Virus record (IMG/VR): IMGVR_UViG_3300030103_004875
Direction: 5' to 3' (one strand)
From: a virus
Length of the DNA: 64,000 bases
Part shown: piece by piece, positions 59,657-64,000 of the stretch
Position numbering within the stretch: position 1 is the stretch's first letter
Layout of the letters: the number at the start of each line of letters is the position of its first letter
Made by a program: the position numbers and the translations under genes
The notes under the pieces: generated by a model
Database searches by the model: none
What the model saw: the letters and a program-made list of their open reading frames with translations, nothing else
Told to the model about the DNA's origin: nothing

Positions 59657-59691
59657 CAACCATGTGCCAATTGGCACATGGTTGTATTTTT
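59657..59691 (+). terminator. Intrinsic terminator
   Basis: 28-nt perfect palindrome caaccatgtgccaattggcacatggttg followed by a T-rich tract. Confidence 0.75.
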
Positions 59692-59698
59692 ATAAATA
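59691..59698 (+). promoter_or_regulatory. T4 late promoter TATAAATA
   Basis: Exact consensus, followed by AGGAG SD and ATG 59721. Confidence 0.72.
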
Positions 59699-59720
59699 AT
59701 GGGTACAACAGGAGACTCCC

Positions 59721-60335
59721 ATGTCAGAATCATTACAAGAAGCGATAAACCAAGTCGCTGACACTAGTTCGAAGTATGAAATAATTTCTAGTGCTTTGAA
59801 AGAGATGCGAGTATCTAAAGATGCTCTTGGATCAATGGGCACACGACCTGAAACTGAGTCTCCTTCCGGAGAAATGGCGAGAGCATACGCATCTCAGGGT
59901 AAACGTGGAACCCCAGAAGAAAGATATGAAAAGGCAAAAAAGAAAGTAGAACGTACTTCAACCCAAAGAACAACTGGTAGATCTCCTAAAGTTAAGAGAG
60001 CGACGGATCAGATGAATGCATCAATAGCAAGATCGATGGACGATGCCCGAAAGCGTGGCTTCACTACCGATTCTACTGACTTCAGTGATCGAGTCTTGCA
60101 AGGTGCTTCCGATCTTCTCGAATATAATCCAATAACTCGTGCTGCAAGACTTGGCAAATCTATTGAAGGTAGAGCAACACAAGCGGCACAGGCAGAGACA
60201 GGAAGCGATAATAAAGATCGTCTTATGACGAAACTGCATAAATCAAGAACCAAATTACTTTCATTAGGTTCTAAAGCGGCAGCAGATAAGACAATGGGCG
60301 ATATTACAAGAGATCGCCTCGGGCTGAATAAATAA
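59721..60335 (+). CDS. Basic candidate internal head protein
   Basis: Late promoter upstream; LQE/LKE/LLE sites. Confidence 0.65.
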   Translation: MSESLQEAINQVADTSSKYEIISSALKEMRVSKDALGSMGTRPETESPSGEMARAYASQGKRGTPEERYEKAKKKVERTSTQRTTGRSPKVKRATDQMNASIARSMDDARKRGFTTDSTDFSDRVLQGASDLLEYNPITRAARLGKSIEGRATQAAQAETGSDNKDRLMTKLHKSRTKLLSLGSKAAADKTMGDITRDRLGLNK

Positions 60336-60392
60336 AAACAACCGGCGCCGGTTGATAGTTCCGACGCCGATTGCAAACCAAGGAAACGAACG

Positions 60393-60412
60393 AGGGGGCG
60401 CAAGCCCCCTTA
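60393..60412. terminator. Hairpin terminator between convergent genes
   Basis: agggggc-GCAA-gccccct (GNRA loop on +). Confidence 0.7.
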
Positions 60413-60413
60413 T

Positions 60414-61421
60414 TCAATGGACTAGGATTTCATCAGTATCCGCATCGATCATGATGAGAGTATCTGCGTTCTCGTTGTAGTCGGATCCGAGATCCTGAGG
60501 CAATGCACCCACGAAACGAATCGGATAGCCGTTCGCCCATTCTGATGCGCCGACTGCTTCTAGGATACCATCCAGAAGTTCATTCGCGGTGTCGATGATG
60601 TTCTGCCGCTTCTCTTCGATAGTGGCATCACCAGTCTCCATGGCGCAAATCACAACTTCGGTGGGGTTGTACTTCATACCGTTCGGCCCAACTTCGTTGA
60701 AGTGAGAGATGGCGCGAGCAATGATTCGGTACTCGGATCCCTGCTTCATAACCGCACCGTACACTTCTCGATCGGCGTCCCACCCGAATGCAGTGGTTCT
60801 ACCGTAGTTATCCATGAGAAACGAAGCAGAGTCATTCTCGGACCAGTTGAGCCACTGTTCATGAGAACCATTCTTCTTCACAACCTCGGCGACGATCTGA
60901 TCACGAAGGCCCTTCTTCTTTCCTCGGTACAGAATACCAACCTTCTTACGAATCTCAGACTTCTCATTCACAAGATCTCCTCGTTTAATCTGCTTGCTGA
61001 GAGTATCAACAACGGAGGAGATGTCTGCATCGAGTTGCGGAGGATGGTTGTTCGCGGCCGTCTGTGCGTCTTCTCTTGCCGTTTCATCACGGAAACTGAT
61101 GAGGTGTGCATCGAAAGTCAGCATACCCAGACGAGTGAACGCGGCGATTCGGTGGTTACCGTCAACAATGTAAAACTTCTTGCCGACGTTTTCAGGATTA
61201 GTCATGTCTTCGTATGGAATTCTCTCCAGCACTGGCACTGGAATCGTTTCATCCACCCCGTTCTCTCTGATGTAATCCACCAGACTTTGAACATGGTCCT
61301 CTCGCATTCCCTTGGATCGAGTCTTGTTCCGGGAAATGTTTCCGTTGACATCGGCAATCGAAATCGGAGTCTGTCCGTGATCAGTCACGCCGTCAATATT
61401 TGCAATCTTCTTGTTCAACAT
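60414..61421 (-). CDS. ParB/Srx N-terminal domain protein
   Basis: V..L...I...G....P, IVDGNHRI.A motifs. Confidence 0.75.
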   Translation of the reverse strand: MLNKKIANIDGVTDHGQTPISIADVNGNISRNKTRSKGMREDHVQSLVDYIRENGVDETIPVPVLERIPYEDMTNPENVGKKFYIVDGNHRIAAFTRLGMLTFDAHLISFRDETAREDAQTAANNHPPQLDADISSVVDTLSKQIKRGDLVNEKSEIRKKVGILYRGKKKGLRDQIVAEVVKKNGSHEQWLNWSENDSASFLMDNYGRTTAFGWDADREVYGAVMKQGSEYRIIARAISHFNEVGPNGMKYNPTEVVICAMETGDATIEEKRQNIIDTANELLDGILEAVGASEWANGYPIRFVGALPQDLGSDYNENADTLIMIDADTDEILVH

Positions 61422-61561
61422 TAGTTAATTCTCCATTCTTCGAGGTCACCCTCTTCGAGTTCTTTGCATTCACTGTAGAGATTGGATACTACCATCTCCT
61501 GATCCCAGAATGCGTTCATGTAGTTTTCTCGCGCCCGTTCGATCGCTTCGTCTTTAGACAT
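61421..61561 (-). CDS. Small acidic protein (46 aa)
   Basis: MSKDEAIERARENYM...; GGAGG upstream; overlaps both neighbours. Confidence 0.5.
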   Translation of the reverse strand: MSKDEAIERARENYMNAFWDQEMVVSNLYSECKELEEGDLEEWRIN

Positions 61562-62006
61562 TCCCGCACCTCCAGTATTCGTCTGCCAGTTCATATTGCA
61601 GATCTTTCGCTTCTCGTTCTCCTTCGCCCTTCCAGTGCCCTCGTTCCCACTGCCAGAGATGCACGCACTCATGGAAGATCGTAGCGAGCGTGTCTCGGAT
61701 CGACTGATCGATTGTGATGTCGATTACATAGTCGATCTTATCGCTGTGATCCCACTCGTAGCACTGACCATAGCACTTCAGATCCTTGTATTGCCATGCG
61801 TTGAGGCGAATGTTGATTTCCTCGAATTCGCCATCGAAGTCGTTCAGTTGCATGTTGTACCGATTGAGAAACCATCGCACCGCGTCGAGCATCAAGTGGC
61901 GGGTCTTGTCGTTACAGTGGGCGGGATCGTGGATGATGTAGTTCTTCTTCATGGGTTTCTTCTTCGGTTCGAGTCCGAGATATGCTGTCATGGCCTTGAC
62001 TCTCAC
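61554..62006 (-). CDS. SprT-like zinc metalloprotease
   Basis: HECVH.WQ (HExxH) and downstream E.EA; start placed at a GTG overlapping the upstream stop (ATG 61991 is an alternative). Confidence 0.75.
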   Translation of the reverse strand: MRVKAMTAYLGLEPKKKPMKKNYIIHDPAHCNDKTRHLMLDAVRWFLNRYNMQLNDFDGEFEEINIRLNAWQYKDLKCYGQCYEWDHSDKIDYVIDITIDQSIRDTLATIFHECVHLWQWERGHWKGEGEREAKDLQYELADEYWRCGNV

Positions 62007-62170
62007 TGTGTTTTCTCCATTGCTGCGAGTACGAGTCCGAGGTTGGCGAGGGAGTACGAGATCCAGACGAGTGCCCAAGGGTAATCGTGCCGGATCAAGT
62101 ACCCCACGCCAACGATCGCATACAGAATGCCTGCGATCATGGGGCACACCCTGACGAGTGTGTCAATCAT
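62003..62170 (-). CDS. 55-aa two-TM membrane protein, not in the ORF track
   Basis: Read manually: MIDTLVRVCPMIAGILYAIVGVGYLIRHDYPWALVWISYSLANLGLVLAAMEKTQ; ATGA/GTGA overlaps. Confidence 0.6.
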   Translation of the reverse strand: MIDTLVRVCPMIAGILYAIVGVGYLIRHDYPWALVWISYSLANLGLVLAAMEKTQ

Positions 62171-62532
62171 GCGGACACGACCTCCGTGCCGATGATCATA
62201 GTTTCGCCGTCGTCGGCAGGGAGTTCATCACGAAGACACATATGGTGATACTCCTTGAGTTCTGGCAGGGAGTATGATCCCTTGCCAACTTGACGGGACT
62301 TGTCCTTGACAATCCATGCCGGCGCCCAATCCATTCCGCAGAATCTAGATGACATCATCTTGAGATATGAGCGAGAGTAGGCGTCGAGGAACACTACGTC
62401 TGTGTCCCCGGCATCAGTGAAGATACCCTTGTAAAGTTGCTGAATAAAGAGTTGCTGCTTGGGCTTGAGGTTGTTGTAGGTCTTGTCATTCATAGTAATA
62501 ATACTCCTTGTACTTTCAGGCGTTGATGGCAT
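62167..62532 (-). CDS. Small protein homologous to the N-terminal domain of the adjacent AAA ATPase (start probably ~62493)
   Basis: PKQQ.FI, YSRS.L, APAWIV.D.SR...G...P shared with 62516-63964. Confidence 0.7.
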   Translation of the reverse strand: MPSTPESTRSIITMNDKTYNNLKPKQQLFIQQLYKGIFTDAGDTDVVFLDAYSRSYLKMMSSRFCGMDWAPAWIVKDKSRQVGKGSYSLPELKEYHHMCLRDELPADDGETMIIGTEVVSA

Positions 62533-63964
62533 AGTCGCTCATCGTGGCCCTCTTCTTAGGTTCGTAGTTGTCGAAGAACTCCGTGTTCTTCTTGTAGACT
62601 GATCCGGTGACGGTCCACGACTTGATGCCGGGATCCCACTGTGCGCCATGAGGCTTGACTTCATCCTTCTTCTCAAACGGCACATTGAGGTTGAGGATCT
62701 CATCGTCCTGAACGGACGATGAGTCAAAAGGGTTGTTCTGGCTTCCCTCCTCTTCCGTAGCGGACATACTCTCGTCCACCTTGTCGTAGAGGTTGCGGAA
62801 TGCTTCCTGAGTCTCGTCATCGAATCGGGCGAGTGCCAGGTTGAGTGCAGTGGCACGATCCTTGAAGATCGAGAATGCCTTGCAGATGTTCTCCAGACGG
62901 CGAGTGGTGATGATCTCGTCGATCGCACCCTCACTGAATGCCTTGCGGGTGATCTCCGCCCACGAGGTGAGGTGTTCTGCGAAGTCAGAATCGACGTTGC
63001 CGAACTTCTCCATCTTCTTGATGAGAATCTTCTTCTCGGTCTTGCGAGGAGCGTAGTCCTGCTCCATCGTCCAGTCGAAACGATCGAGGAACGCTTCGTT
63101 GAGGACATTGGTGCCGATGAATCGTCCATCGGAGTCACCCTTACCCTTGGTGTTGGCAGTGGCGATGACAGTGAATCCCTGCTTGGGGGTGATCCATTCT
63201 CCGATCTTCTTGACGAAGACACCCTTACCTTCGAGGACGGGCTGGAGACACATGATCTTGCTGCTGGCAAGATCGATCTCGTCGAGGAGAAGAACCGAAC
63301 CACGCTGCATCGCTTCCACGACAGGTCCGTACACGAACTTCGTCTCACCATTGACGAGGCGGAAACCACCAATCAGATCATCCTCGTCGGTTTCGGTGGT
63401 GATGTTGACACGGAAGCATTCTCGCTTCGCCTTGGCACACGCCTGCTCGATCATCGTGGTCTTGCCGTTACCCGACATACCAGTGATGAAGATGGGGGCG
63501 AAGAAGTTGGATCGGATCACCGACTCCACGTTCTTGAAGTGTCCCCACGCAACGTAGTCACCCATCTTGGATGGGACGAGGCTGGATCGTTCACCACCAG
63601 TCATACCCATGATGGCATTCATCACCGGAGCGGGAGCAGGGTTGCCCTGCTGGTCGCACTTGAACTCGTTGCCGTCGGCATCGTTCATAGAGTATCCGTA
63701 CTTCGGGGGATCGGGAGTCTGCATCGCACGATCGAAGTCAGTGGTGCCAGTGGGCTTGGATGTAACCGCAACGTGTTCAGGGACACGGAAGAACCCACGA
63801 TCGGCACGGCGAGAGGAGTCCTGCACGATCCACGCAGGAGCGTACTTCATCCCGATGCTGTTGGCGATCTCGTTGAGATCGGAGCGGGAGTAAGAGTCTG
63901 CGATTGGGGTTCCAGATGCCGCCATGGCATCGATGAACTTCTGCTGCTTCGGACTGATGGACAT
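62516..63964 (-). CDS. MoxR/CobS-like AAA+ ATPase with C-terminal DUF5710-like domain
   Basis: GMSGNGKT, ETDEDDLIGGFRL, LLLDEID, ATANTKGKG..DGRF, NEAFLDRF, TRRL; LNVPFEKKDE.K..GA.WD...K.W. Confidence 0.88.
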   Translation of the reverse strand: MSISPKQQKFIDAMAASGTPIADSYSRSDLNEIANSIGMKYAPAWIVQDSSRRADRGFFRVPEHVAVTSKPTGTTDFDRAMQTPDPPKYGYSMNDADGNEFKCDQQGNPAPAPVMNAIMGMTGGERSSLVPSKMGDYVAWGHFKNVESVIRSNFFAPIFITGMSGNGKTTMIEQACAKAKRECFRVNITTETDEDDLIGGFRLVNGETKFVYGPVVEAMQRGSVLLLDEIDLASSKIMCLQPVLEGKGVFVKKIGEWITPKQGFTVIATANTKGKGDSDGRFIGTNVLNEAFLDRFDWTMEQDYAPRKTEKKILIKKMEKFGNVDSDFAEHLTSWAEITRKAFSEGAIDEIITTRRLENICKAFSIFKDRATALNLALARFDDETQEAFRNLYDKVDESMSATEEEGSQNNPFDSSSVQDDEILNLNVPFEKKDEVKPHGAQWDPGIKSWTVTGSVYKKNTEFFDNYEPKKRATMSDYAINA

Positions 63965-64000
63965 GGTGGTGTCTCCTTGGTTGGTTTGGTTCGTTTCTGT

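Noticed and set aside
62140-62166. TTGACA promoter or structured RNA on the - strand
   Set aside because: No -10 at proper spacing; the region is better explained as the start of a 55-aa membrane-protein ORF coupled to both neighbours.
60702-63893. Long alternative or antisense ORFs (60702-61424, 62539-63372, 63099-63557 and others)
   Set aside because: They overlap well-supported genes and are explained by GC-rich codon bias; no recognisable motifs.
62516-63964. Cobalamin-biosynthesis AMG (cobS) supporting NrdJ
   Set aside because: Phage CobS-like proteins are MoxR-type AAA+ ATPases without shown cobaltochelatase function; no other cob genes in the window.
1-64000. Stop-codon reassignment; tRNA genes
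   Set aside because: Core genes are full length in the standard code and TAA, TAG and TGA all serve as stops. No cloverleaf was recognised by eye in the short intergenic gaps (tRNAscan not run).

Overview
Segment of a large T4-like myovirus genome, standard genetic code. I found no tRNA, rRNA gene, CRISPR array or integrase. The + strand (1-43.4 kb) carries the T4 replication module: rnh, gp45, gp44, gp62, regA, gp43, uvsX, gp41, gp61, plus dUTPase, ThyX, class II NrdJ, a RuvC-like nuclease and a porin. A ~24-kb island splits regA from gp43. It holds ~18 glycan-biosynthesis genes (GT10, GT2 and other glycosyltransferases, RfbH/E1, NDP-sugar dehydratase, YerE-like ThDP enzyme, PanB, kinase-aldolase fusion, nucleotidyltransferase, HAD, GT2-TPR), followed directly by collagen, fibre and beta-helix proteins. 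The mostly - strand region (43.4-60.3 kb) encodes probable late/head-packaged proteins, several with T4 capsid-targeting-like N-termini and prohead-protease-like sites, including a SET-domain enzyme, plus DruA-like, Cas4-like and HNH proteins. From ~60.4 kb a GC-richer block encodes ParB-like, SprT-like and MoxR/CobS-like proteins. The most unusual signal is a pair of small intergenic units, each with a promoter-like box and a terminator. One (50.72-50.81 kb, -) displays a 14-nt perfect complement of the 16S rRNA 3' end with no downstream start codon. The other (42.72-42.79 kb, +) carries the near-exact antisense of that motif. All protein assignments come from motif recognition only; no database searches were run.
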